Shown here: piece by piece, positions 53,901 to 64,000 of the stretch
Position numbering within the stretch: position 1 is the first letter of the stretch
Layout: the number at the start of each line of letters is the position of its first letter
Assembly (NCBI RefSeq): GCF_964204865.1
Contig: NC_135263.1
Span: 11,470,001 to 11,534,000 of the forward strand
DNA: 64,000 bases
Origin: Styela clava
Lineage: Eukaryota
Reading direction: 5' to 3'
Notes under the pieces: generated by a model
Seen by the model: only the letters and a program-made list of their open reading frames with translations
Told to the model about the DNA's origin: nothing
Databases searched by the model: none
Position numbers and translations under genes: made by a program

Positions 53901-55018
53901 TCCTAATAGTGCTAATGTAGTTTTTATTTCCCAATTTGTTTTTAGATTGTGGGACATGAACAAACCAGTAAATTCCAAAATATTGTCTGAACCTTCTCAT
54001 CAGTCAACAACATCTGTTAGTTATGATTTGAGAAGAGTTGAAGGAACAGATGTCATTCAGGTTCGCTATTATTGCTAATATTATACTGATTATCGTTATT
54101 AACCGGAGTAATACAGCACTTTAGTTATGGTTTGATTGAATGCAAGGCATATCACAATTATTTTAAAGTCCATTTTATTATTTATGCAAAAACATCAAGT
54201 TATTTTTCAATTATGGTTAAAGTCAAGTCGTCTCAAGTAAAATAGATTTCTTTAAAGTAAAATATGACACTTTTGAGGTATAATTCAGAAATATTCATCA
54301 TGTGGTCTGTAGCAGAGTCTGTAGTCGAGTCAATCTCTGTGTTATCATCAGCAGTTAGCTGAGTATGAGTTAGTTCGTTTAAAAAGCTCAATGCTTTAAT
54401 AAATGACGTCTCAAATCGATTCATCAACTAGACCCTCCCCATCATTCTCAGTAGTTTTGCCGGTGTGGCGCATCTTGCAAAGCATTAGGAATACGCTCGC
54501 CACCGCACCTCTGGTTACTCTGTGTGAGTTCACTGGTTCGATTACCATGCGGGGTGAATTATGTGCAGGAGGATTGCTGAACTCTGTAGAGTGGTTCATG
54601 TAGCCACTGGTCAGTTACAGCTTCTTCCGCCAAGTCCATGCAGAAAACAAATAACTGGCTAACTAATCCCATACCCGACATCGCGGCATGGATGGGTAAC
54701 CGGATAAGATGCGTGGTTCACCATATAATATATCATCTTCTTCTCCTCCGGGATAAATATTAAATCCTATTCTATCCTAGTAGATTTATTTTTGCATAAG
54801 AATATTTTTTAGATATCCTTTGTTTTTAGGAACATGTAACCAAAGCAAAAAGCGCTGGAGGTTCTACGGCATCAGCAGCAGAATCTGGACCTGAGCTTCG
54901 CAGTAATGGCGTTGAAACTTGTCATCGTGACGTGATTACAGACATGGCAATGTTCAGAGTGAATCAAACAATGCTTGTGTCTGCATCTCGTGATGGTGTT
55001 GTAAAGATATGGAAGTGA
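38945..55018 (+). CDS. PIK3R4: Phosphoinositide 3-kinase regulatory subunit 4 (VPS15), ~25 exons
   Basis: Starts [25 protein letters not shown]. It has kinase-like exons ([53 protein letters not shown]), HEAT exons ([28 protein letters not shown]) and WD40 exons ([14 protein letters not shown]). It ends [12 protein letters not shown] at 55018. Confidence 0.97.
45477..45726. mobile_element. MITE (GGTACTCCCGAAGTATGTG TIR) inserted into a SINE fragment
   Basis: Inverted ends and an 8-bp direct repeat GGGAAAAC at 45469-45476 and 45727-45734. The flanks match the reverse complement of the SINE tail at 54740-54780. Confidence 0.8.
54459..54778 (+). mobile_element. tRNA-derived SINE
   Basis: A-box-like TGGCGCATCTTG (54466), B-box GGTTCGATTACC (54535), an (ATCCT)-like tail, and a near-TSD AGTAGTTTT/AGTAGATTT. 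Homologous 3' parts lie at 61015-61175 (-) and 45445-45476 (-). Confidence 0.75.
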
Positions 55019-55659
55019 TTGCAATGATTTCTTAACTTGGCATTTGAACTGTGGTGTTCTTTACATACATTATAGAACTGAGAATAAAGAGTTGAAAGAA
55101 GCCCATGTTCCTAAATGCTGTTTAATAATCAGCAGTTATAATGACTGTAAGTTTTCACTTAAATAAGAAATCAGAAATTAATACCATGCGATACTAAATT
55201 ATCCATAATAATATTCCCGTTGGTCAGCAATTTATTGCAGGTATGGGCTATTATCCAGCTTAATTTTGGCTATGTTGTGTTTGTATATTGACATTATGTT
55301 GTTGCGATTTTCATGATTCTCTGAATTAGTGCAATATTATTATTTTAATCCAAAACGTTGATTTAGTGTACTTTTTCTCGAGAATACATTATTGTACCTT
55401 ATGCCAGTTATTGTATACCACTATTCTGTAGCGTTTGTAGATTAGGCTTGCATGAGCCGAGCGCAAATACTTGGAAACGCTCTTGAGCGTTGGGTACGAA
55501 GCGAACCAGCCTTGATATCTATTCGTAGCATCGAACTAATTGGGAATAACAGTTATTCAAATCGGTAGGTGACTCTGTTAATTTTGAAAGTTGTGTATTA
55601 ATAAAGCGTGAATTTAAACTATGCTAAATAGTAGGCAATTAAATTTCAGTTACATAGTT

Positions 55660-56349
55660 TGTAATGGCTCCTTCGTTTCCTCACAAAAATAGATTAAAAG
55701 AGTATTAACATTTGTCAAGCGGAAAACAGATTATAAATCGACATATGTGTTTGTCCATACTCTTTGAAGTGGCGAACATATTTGTAAGACGCTTATATTT
55801 GGTGGAGAACCATGATTTTTGGCTATTATTCATAATTTATTGCCATTGATGAGTTCTTTATGGTGGTATTCTGGGGGCTTAATTGATGGATCTACTTTCA
55901 GCCCCTAAATCAGTCCTTGAGTTGGCAAACTGCAAGTGTAAGAAAATTAGGCGTCAAAATAATTTAGCATGTCTGCCAAAAACAACCTAAGTTGCGGAGT
56001 AAACTTCTAATGGGAAAAGTCCAAGTTCCAGAATGAGGATTTCGGAAGCAATTCAGAGGAAAGTGAACAACGGTAGATATTGAAGTTAATTTGATACTAT
56101 TTATTAGTTTTTTCCAGACATCTGTTGGAATTGAAAATCCAACTTCTATAAATAATATTGCCTAATAATATTACCACATAAACTGAAAAACGACTAATTG
56201 TAATATTTCTGTTCGCTATGTTATGTACATACTATATTCATTTGATTTTCCCGGTGAACTTCTCAGTGAGAAATATCCGATTTAGTTCTCAGATGCGCGT
56301 CACGGAACCCACTTTCTAGGCGTTTTTCATGGCATCGTCTCATGGCCTA
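55660..56349 (+). mobile_element. Decayed DNA transposon 3' end with CXC-like Cys cluster (Academ-like)
   Basis: Translation from 55886 gives MDLLSAPKSVLELANCKCKKIR.QNN then a frameshifted C.KNNLSC, resembling the C-terminal Cys-rich finger of Academ proteins as recalled. The terminus CATCGTCTCATGGCCTA has reverse complement TAGGCCATGAGACGATG. Confidence 0.5.
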
Positions 56350-56352
56350 GGT

Positions 56353-57069
56353 CAGGGTGGTCCAAACACAGGGCGCATGTGGCCAGCCGCTACATATCCG
56401 TGTGTCCCGCGTTAGTTGGGGCAACTAGCGAAGTTGAATATTGTGCTTGGCTAGTTTAAATTGTTAAGAACAGGCTTTCTATTTTTGATCGGAAATATAT
56501 GCTGACAAAATAGGCTTTATAGAAAGCTAAAAATCGAATTAGGAATCTCTTTGCCTAGGTTAGATATGTCTGATAATTAAATATTAATGTAATGGCCGAA
56601 CAATATAATTTCCCCTGGGTGTTTTTTTGCAACCAGCCTAAACAGTATTACAAGAAAAGCGCCTATATGTCAAAAAATTTAGTAATTACCCCCCTTATCG
56701 CAAAATTTGATAAAATTCGACAATCAATCAATCTGCAGTTATTTGTAAGTTTGCAGTTTGTTGTAACAAGACTTGAAAAGTAAGCTGACCAACAGTGTTG
56801 TGATTTGTGACTGGATATAAAATACAACATTGCTTGCTTAATATGCCTGCAAGTTGTGTCGGTGACAATCTCAAACGGCATTGTCACTTTTTCCGATATA
56901 TATAGTAAGATTTTTGCACATTTTATTGAGTTTTTTGCATGTTTTAGATTGGTAAATAAATAAGTCATCAATGTGCTTACACAACAAAAGTTTGTTTTCT
57001 ATTGCACTGTTTACCTATTATTGGCACTAATGATGTGGCCCGCGAGGTCGACAACCTTGAACCATTCTG
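56353..57069. mobile_element. hAT-type MITE, same family as 19080-19563, opposite orientation
   Basis: Ends are CAGGGTGGTCCAAAC ... CCTTGAACCATTCTG. The TSD is GCCTAGGT/GCATAGGT. Confidence 0.8.
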
Positions 57070-57279
57070 GCATAGGTAATTGCATCAAATTGGAACATAT
57101 ATTCCTTTCTACTGCTGCAACAACCTTACAACAGCAGCGCAGGCTGTCATGATAAATTTAGAGTCTATTGTTGAAATTTGGTCACAAGGATCGGACAGCG
57201 TAAAGCGTTGTAAATGCACACGTTTGAACTGCAATTTAAATCATTAGTTTTTTTGTAAACCTTAGTAAATCGTGAGGGT

Positions 57280-57295
57280 GGCTCTGAAAAGAGCC
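57280..57295 (-). promoter_or_regulatory. Histone 3' stem-loop (SLBP site)
   Basis: The minus strand reads CAAAC-GGCTCT-TTTC-AGAGCC-ACCC, about 25 nt after the H4 stop. Confidence 0.97.
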
Positions 57296-57320
57296 GTTTG
57301 ATTTGTGGATAAGATTCCGC

Positions 57321-57674
<354 letters not shown>

Positions 57675-57692
57675 TTAGTCGAAGCGTCAAGA

Positions 57693-57698
57693 TTTATA
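57693..57698 (-). promoter_or_regulatory. TATA box of H4
   Basis: TATAAA on the minus strand about 60 nt upstream of the ATG, with a CCAAT at ~57783. Confidence 0.7.
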
Positions 57699-60251
57699 AC
57701 ACTGATGTTTCAGACGTCGTCGAAATAAAAGTGCGGCTTCGACTTCGATAAACTTGGCGCGTCCTGTATGGTACAAAATGGACCAATAGCAATGTAGCTA
57801 CGAAAAAGTGGCGTAGTTGTCAACATCGGGGTTGGCAAGTAAAACAGATGTTATTTTCAAATCCTAACAATTTACTGTAACATTTGCAAAACACGCATTT
57901 GTGACTCACTACTTCTGTAAATGAGCCCCTAAAGCTCGCTCAGTACTCAATTTAATAGAGTAAATACAAGAAACAAAATATCCCGTAGTGAGCTCATATT
58001 TTGTTGGGCGATTAAATTTAGCGATCTTTGACATAACTAGCATTTATCGGTTCAGGCACATATTATCGAGTCTAAATTTATCTGTAAGAAAATAGGCGTG
58101 AGCGCAAATATTTTACTTTATGCAAAATTCTTGGCTTGGCTATTACCAAACTTTTTGGTTAAAATGTCTAGCTTACGGTATGGAATGTGATAGAACACCA
58201 ATATCATTTTCACTACCTTGTTTTTTAGATACAACATAAACACGTCGTGCATGTCTGATTCACGCCGACCATCAGTACCACATTAGGCCAGGAAATAGAT
58301 GAGCAAGTCGAACATTGATAGAGAAGTGTGTAAACTAATGACACACTTATAAGTTTGTCAAAGGCATCTAACAAGCTTAAGGGGATCCACACATCGGAAT
58401 ACTCTCAAAAATGCATCGGTAAAAACGTTCGTTTATTAATTGCTGCGAAACGACAGCGACCATTTTCCGACTCTTGAGAAGAATAACGCAAATACGCAGT
58501 TGTGAAGCCAAAAATTTTATCACCAGCTAATAACACACCACGCAGATAGACGTACTTAATATCCATTTTAGGGACAATCAACCAACCTATTAACAGTGCA
58601 AGATTTTCTCTGATAGCAAAATCGTTGGTGCCTATAGCTATCTAAAACATCACGCCACCTAAAAAACGATTGTGAGTTCGTACACTGTTGGCTACGACCA
58701 AGTGATACCACGTAAATTCACCATAACTGCACACGTCTCAAAATTGAGCTTAGGAGGTTAGCTTTTAATAACCAGTGAAATTCACGCGGTAGAAAGAAGA
58801 AGGTAGCTGCGCATTTTCACACCTGGTCAACACGGCCGGGCGCTTTTGTTTGAAAGTGGAATCAGAGTGTTTGTAAAATGAAACATGGTAATATATTATA
58901 CAATAATTTTGCCCCTCATCCAATATTTCGTATAGCTTCATCTCCCTTGTCTGCATCACAGAGTTTATAATTTACTCAAATACCATAATGTAATACAAAA
59001 TTGAATTACAAAAGAACTTGCAAGCAACTTACTTGTCAACTTAGAAATTTTTGATTCAAGAAAACGAAAAAAAATGGCGATTTGGAATTTTAAAATAATG
59101 CGGAAGTGCCTCGCAGTTTTCACAAAAAAAGGCGCTAACAGTGAAGACTTATTTATTGTAAAAGTCATCAAATGCACATCTAAAGCAGTTCAAATAAATG
59201 AATAATGAAAATAAACAATGAAAAAAGTTGTGATACAGAAACTCATTGGTATACAAACTTTGTGCATGAAACGAGAATATTAGTCTAGTCATCCAATCCC
59301 GCTTTAAAATGAGAGCATTAATTTTGCATATACAGGATTCTACAGCTTTTGCTAGTGGCTGATGTTTTTAAATCCACACTTAATCCCTGAGAATGAGGCT
59401 TCTTACGTGGTATCATCGAATCCCTTTAGGATGTTTACAACAATTGGTATTTTTCGCCAGATTAATTTCCTGCTTGCTATGAGGGCACCGAACATATTAT
59501 TCTCAAAAAGAGGCAATAAAAAACTTTTTCAGCTTTCTTCGCTTGGTCGCTTAATAAAACTTTTACCAATTTGACAACAAAAATTCCTGGTCTCTTTCTG
59601 CTCATTAGTGTCTACCCCTGGAAAATAAGTTATCTATTACCGTACATGCAATGTATCTAAAGTGCATACTTTTCGTAGATTAAAAAGGCAGTTCAAATTT
59701 CATTGAAATATGTTTCAAAAATATATTTTATTTTGGAGGTTAGTAAAATTAACAATATATGCTTACCAAAACTTCGAAATTTCTTTGGTTTTATAACAGC
59801 AGTCTTCGTAAATTGATGTAGCTTATGTTTATTCCGATAATTATCCTTATTCTTAGGGTATTGCATTTCCAACATATCTATCGATCTGTCATGTTTTGTA
59901 ATCTAAAATGAGATATATTTCATCTGATGAACAACAGAATAAAAAATAGTGCTTCAGCATATACCTGACAACTTGTTTTTTTATACAGGAGTAGTAATTT
60001 CACAATTTTTTAAGACACCTCATGCAGAGATTAAAAATTTGATGAACATACTCTAGATGGCTGAATTTATATAAAACCACCTATACAGATGTAGTTTTCG
60101 TTTTAAGCTATCAGCAAAATGCATATTTCCTTAATAAAAAACATTTCTAATTCAAGCAAAATGATCAGATTCTAAGGAACTCTTCTTCGCCATTTCCCTA
60201 AAAGAATCCATACCATGACCAAAGAGCTTGGATTTATGAATAAACACTATA

Positions 60252-60856
60252 CTAGCTTACAGATGATTCATCCAACGAAGAAAGCGACTCTGGTGACAAT
60301 AATTTAGGTGGAAGATACCTGCACGGTATAGATCCCCGTACCAAGCGTCTTCTGGGAGGATCTACCTCTGGAAGAGTATCTGTAATTTAAAAGAAATAAT
60401 CACTTTAGTATCGTTCTCGATAATTACCAAAGTGCAAATAACATGTAGGTAGAGGTAATATGGTTAATGTGGAGATTGCTCTTATTCCTTTATTTTTCCA
60501 GTAGTTATATAGTTAAACTTTGAACAAATATTTCAACTATGAAAATTACTAAAGCCACAATAACACATTCATCGGAAACAATTTAAACATATAATACATA
60601 AGGACATATTGTGATTCACATTATTCTTACAGGTTTCAACATCGCTAGTCCTGAAATGTTTTTCACATATTCGTATTGTTCCATTTTGTATATGTTCCTG
60701 AAGTTCTGCATCACCTTCACGACCTTGTAATACCTTAATTATTCTTTTCCTCCACGAAGATTGTTTTTTAAAATCGCTCGGTAACTTAAATATTCCCACA
60801 CCTCTGATATGGCGAGTTGTATTACATCCATATATAGAACAATTTTCCCAAGGCAT
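60252..60856 (-). CDS. Spliced THAP (C2CH zinc finger) domain protein; 3' extent uncertain
   Basis: Exon 60856-60631 (MPWENCSIYGC...FKLP...W...ICEKHF..SDVET|gtaag) joins in frame to exon 60379-60261 (YTLPEVDPPRRRLVRGSIPCRYLP...), which supplies the AVPT-like box. A gtaagc donor or an in-frame TAG at 60252 follows. Confidence 0.75.
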
Positions 60857-61014
60857 ACCGGTACCGGTAGTCCACTGCCACCAGAAACAAAGTATGTTGA
60901 GTGGAAAATGCAATCAGTAAAATATTATCAAAAGTTTACTGTAGAGCATGACAGAGTGGTATAAGTCTGGATCAAAAAAATGGATGCTTGAAAAATTAAT
61001 TTTAGAAGTAACTG

Positions 61015-61175
61015 GACAGGATTTTTATATATTCATCCCAGGACTGCAGGAAGAGAAGAGTTATTAAGATGACCTAACGTATGGCATACAATGGCCTATC
61101 GCCATCTGTGTACAAGCCAATATTGGGTATGGAATCATGCCAGCCAGTTGTTTGTTTTAGATGCTTAAACTTGAC
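61015..61175 (-). mobile_element. 3' fragment of the tRNA-derived SINE
   Basis: The reverse complement aligns by eye to 54630-54775 (AAAACAAA.AACTGGCT...CCATACCC...GGGAT.AATAT..AAATCCT). Confidence 0.65.
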
Positions 61176-61879
61176 TTTAAAACCCAGCCAAACACAAATC
61201 TGCCAGACTGCCACTGATTGAAATACTTCTTGATTAGAATAAGTTTATCAGGCATAAATGTGAAGGCACGGCCTGTACCATTACAGTACAGTACTAGACA
61301 TTTCATTCTCACAAAAATTACAAAACTACGGCCGTACCCATGCTTTGGCCATTATCAGAGAAGAGAAATTAACACAGAACTCAAAATGTCTCCCTTGCTA
61401 AAAGGTTTTTATGATTTACTAAGACATCTTAAGAAAAAATCGAAAAAAATTTCTAATCCACTCTGCTAGTCAATTATAATATCAATATTTATGAAACTTG
61501 CTGTACAAAACATATTTCATTCATATCCAAACACTACCCCTTGCTGATGCCAGCAAATTCAATTCAGGAATATCCGGGTGTAATCATAATACATATATGA
61601 AACATGGCATACTTAATGATTTCTGCGGATTGGATTCATTCAGATATATAAAACTGAATGTATTTGTTAGCATCGGTATACACATCAAATTTGATGTCAG
61701 AATACTTTCACCGCTTAATAGTTAATACCACATGATTGAAGGGCAGGTTCGTAACCGATATCGAATCACACTATCTTGAGATATACAGACCTTAGTCTCC
61801 TTTAACTTGAAGAAATCTTAATCCTATCCTAACAGGTCTATAAATCATCCACAGATCAATCTCATCATCAAATAACCTC

Positions 61880-62958
61880 TTATTGCCTGCAATTTTATGA
61901 GCAATTTGGAACATGCTGTCATAACTTTATCACTCGTGCTACCTGGATATCCGTTACTCATGAAAATGATAGCACAATTATGTGCAGTTCCGACTAAATA
62001 TTCGGTGTCAGTCTATGTTTCTAATTACTGTAGCTGACAGAAGCTTCCTGCAAATCACATCGCGGTGTTTCAAAAAGAAATTCTGTGCAGTCCAATGTAA
62101 TCTTGCAATTTGGAATTGTTGAAAAACACCGTGGCAGGGTGCATTCCGTTTTTGTCAAAGAGTGCAGTTGGCACATAAAGATAATGCCAATAAAAAATAT
62201 CTCGTGAAATGCTTGAAAATGTCAAAAAAATATTCTGCATCGTGATGGTACTTATTAAATGATAATGTTGCCAATATAAAAATAAGGCAGCTTGAGCTTC
62301 ATCAAAAAAAATAAGAAATTGATCAAAGCTACTAATTGAATTTACTGTTTTTCCACTCCAATATTGTAGTGGCTCGAATCTATCAATCACTGCCATCAAC
62401 ATATCAATTACATCTTTCTGCAACCCGTATAACTTTGCAAATTCATCTTTTGATAGTGAGCTATAAAACCTTCAATTTTAATCCTTGAATAATTTTGTTA
62501 GCAGTTTCTCATTCATTTTTCAATTGTTTGGGGATTTACCTTCTTTTGAAGATGGTCCTTGTAGAATGGATGGAGCAGAGAGGGCAAGGCTTTCAGTACT
62601 GCAGTAGAGGTGTCTGTTGGACTGCATTCCTGCATTCGATTGGTAGCATAGCACAAAGAGATGTAGTTCTTGTGCGCTTTGAAACATCACCTCTGAGATT
62701 CCAACAGGGCAAGGCTCCTCTTTTTAATACTTTTCCCTGGAATATTAGTGGTCGATCTGATGTCCTTTTTGTGCCATAGTCTTCACTACTGAAGTGGTAC
62801 GAGCAAACGCGAGCACTTGTAGATGGCACAAAATTTTCTCTGCTGACACGAATTATCCAAGCCTTCCAAAGCTTTGGATCCTTTGGAAATTCATGGAGAG
62901 ATCGGTCTGGCTGTTTCTCAGACGTTGCAGAGCACCTGTATACGACACAGTACACCAT
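61880..62958 (-). pseudogene. Decayed PIF/Harbinger (ISL2EU-like) THAP-HTH-DDE transposase
   Basis: Intact THAP ORF 62958-62593 (CVVYRC..FPKD..W..CSYHF..GALP). It is followed by a frameshifted coiled-coil, YGL, DQFLIF-LMKLK (HTH_Tnp_4-like), LDCTEF, SYSN*KHRLT and YLVGTAHNCAIIFMSNGYPGSTSDK (DDE_Tnp_4-like), with stops. Confidence 0.85.
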
Positions 62959-63319
62959 AGTCCGCTAGTCAGTATTTTTGATTTGGAAGCAAGCTCTGCA
63001 GTTTCCTAAATTACGGTACTCATACAGCCATGCGCTATGCAGCGTGTTCTACAGTATTCTGCAATCTGGCAATGGTAAAACTTACATTGTTGCAAGCTGC
63101 TGTAGCAGAATACAAACTGAAAGAATGCTCAATACAGTGTTCTTCAAACCTTTCACAATTTTTCAAGAACTTCGCATACCTGTATACGGTACCTAACAAA
63201 TACAGAAATACCAAGGTTTTAAGGCCTAAATAAACATTAAATTTTTAGCACAGAGATTGTATAAAAACTAAAACTGACGATATTGCAATGTCACCCTGCA
63301 TTTTAATTAATGGTCTACC

Positions 63320-64000
63320 GGGGGGACGGTCTTACTACTTACTGAATACAGCGCGAAACACCGCAAAACAGAGGGAAACAGCGCAAAACAGTGGGGAAAC
63401 AGCGCAAAACAGCGCGAAAGAGCGCAAAACAGGAAAACAGTGTGAAGCAGAAAAAAATTTTGCAATGAGTTCGGGGCACCTTGTTTTGAGTTGGAGTACC
63501 ACGGCAGCAAATTAAAAACACAAACCAACGTATGTAGCCAGTAATGCTGTAATGGCAGGCCCCTGCTGGTGACACATTTTGGGTACCATAATTTAGAACA
63601 TTTTCCATATGGATATGGTTGGATTTAGGGTTAGGTAAAAAGGGACCTCTAGAAGTATGTGCACCAAGATGGCGCACAACCTGAAAATAGTATGTGTGTG
63701 TGTGTAGCGGATTCAGGTTGTGCGACACATTGCTGCACATAATTCTGGAGCACCAAAAAGGTAGATAAAATTTCGCATGATGACCTATAATCCGGTACAT
63801 AACCTTGTAAATATACCGGAAAGAGCGCCATAAAACCATGGCGAGAGGCGCCGTGGTTTTTTCGTGGCAGGAGGTGGTAATGACTGCGTCTCCTGTTTTG
63901 CGCTGTTTCCCTCTGTTTTGCGCTGGTTTCCTTCTGTTTCGCGCTATTTTGCGCTGTTTCGCGCTCTTTGCGCTGTTTCGCGCTGTATTCAGTAAGTAGT
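63320..64000. mobile_element. Foldback-like element with long inverted arms of ~10-11-bp tandem repeats (CAGCGCAAAA); right end runs off the window; nested MITE ~63641-63754
   Basis: ACTACTTACTGAATACAGCGCGAAACA at ~63334 is matched by its reverse complement at the window end. Confidence 0.85.

Noticed and set aside
54459-54550. tRNA gene
   Set aside because: A and B boxes are present but there is no cloverleaf, and it continues into a repeated SINE body.
60950-61500. YqaJ/SWIM second gene of an ISL2EU element
   Set aside because: No convincing PDG/EIKCP/QxQ motifs, and part of the region is a SINE fragment.
63288-63839. 166-aa Cys/Phe-rich ORF and overlapping ORFs
   Set aside because: These are translations of foldback tandem repeats and a nested MITE.

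Overview
This is AT-rich, intron-containing animal genomic DNA from an invertebrate. The style is compatible with a tunicate or other deuterostome, but the organism cannot be fixed from the sequence. From left to right: (1) a ~95-bp satellite array. (2) A cluster of three small paralogous multi-exon genes, largely missed by the ORF track, encoding Cys-rich C-C-CC-CC (STMC6: WBP1/VOPP1/TMEM92/CYYR1-like) proteins. One is a full single-pass protein with a PY-like tail, one is single-pass with almost no tail, and one is a TM-less 8-Cys copy that is secreted or decaying. (3) An intronless ER FKBP7/14-type gene inside a tandem duplication whose second copy lacks the gene. (4) XPNPEP3, an SLC25A48-like mitochondrial carrier, and PIK3R4/VPS15. 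(5) A solitary stem-loop histone H4 with M84L. (6) A spliced THAP-domain gene next to a decayed THAP-Harbinger transposase. Introns and intergenic DNA hold many MITEs, a tRNA-derived SINE family, a TSD-flanked retro-insertion, a probable Academ remnant and a foldback element. All gene models were assembled by hand from GT-AG sites and reading frames, and all family assignments come from recalled motifs rather than database searches.
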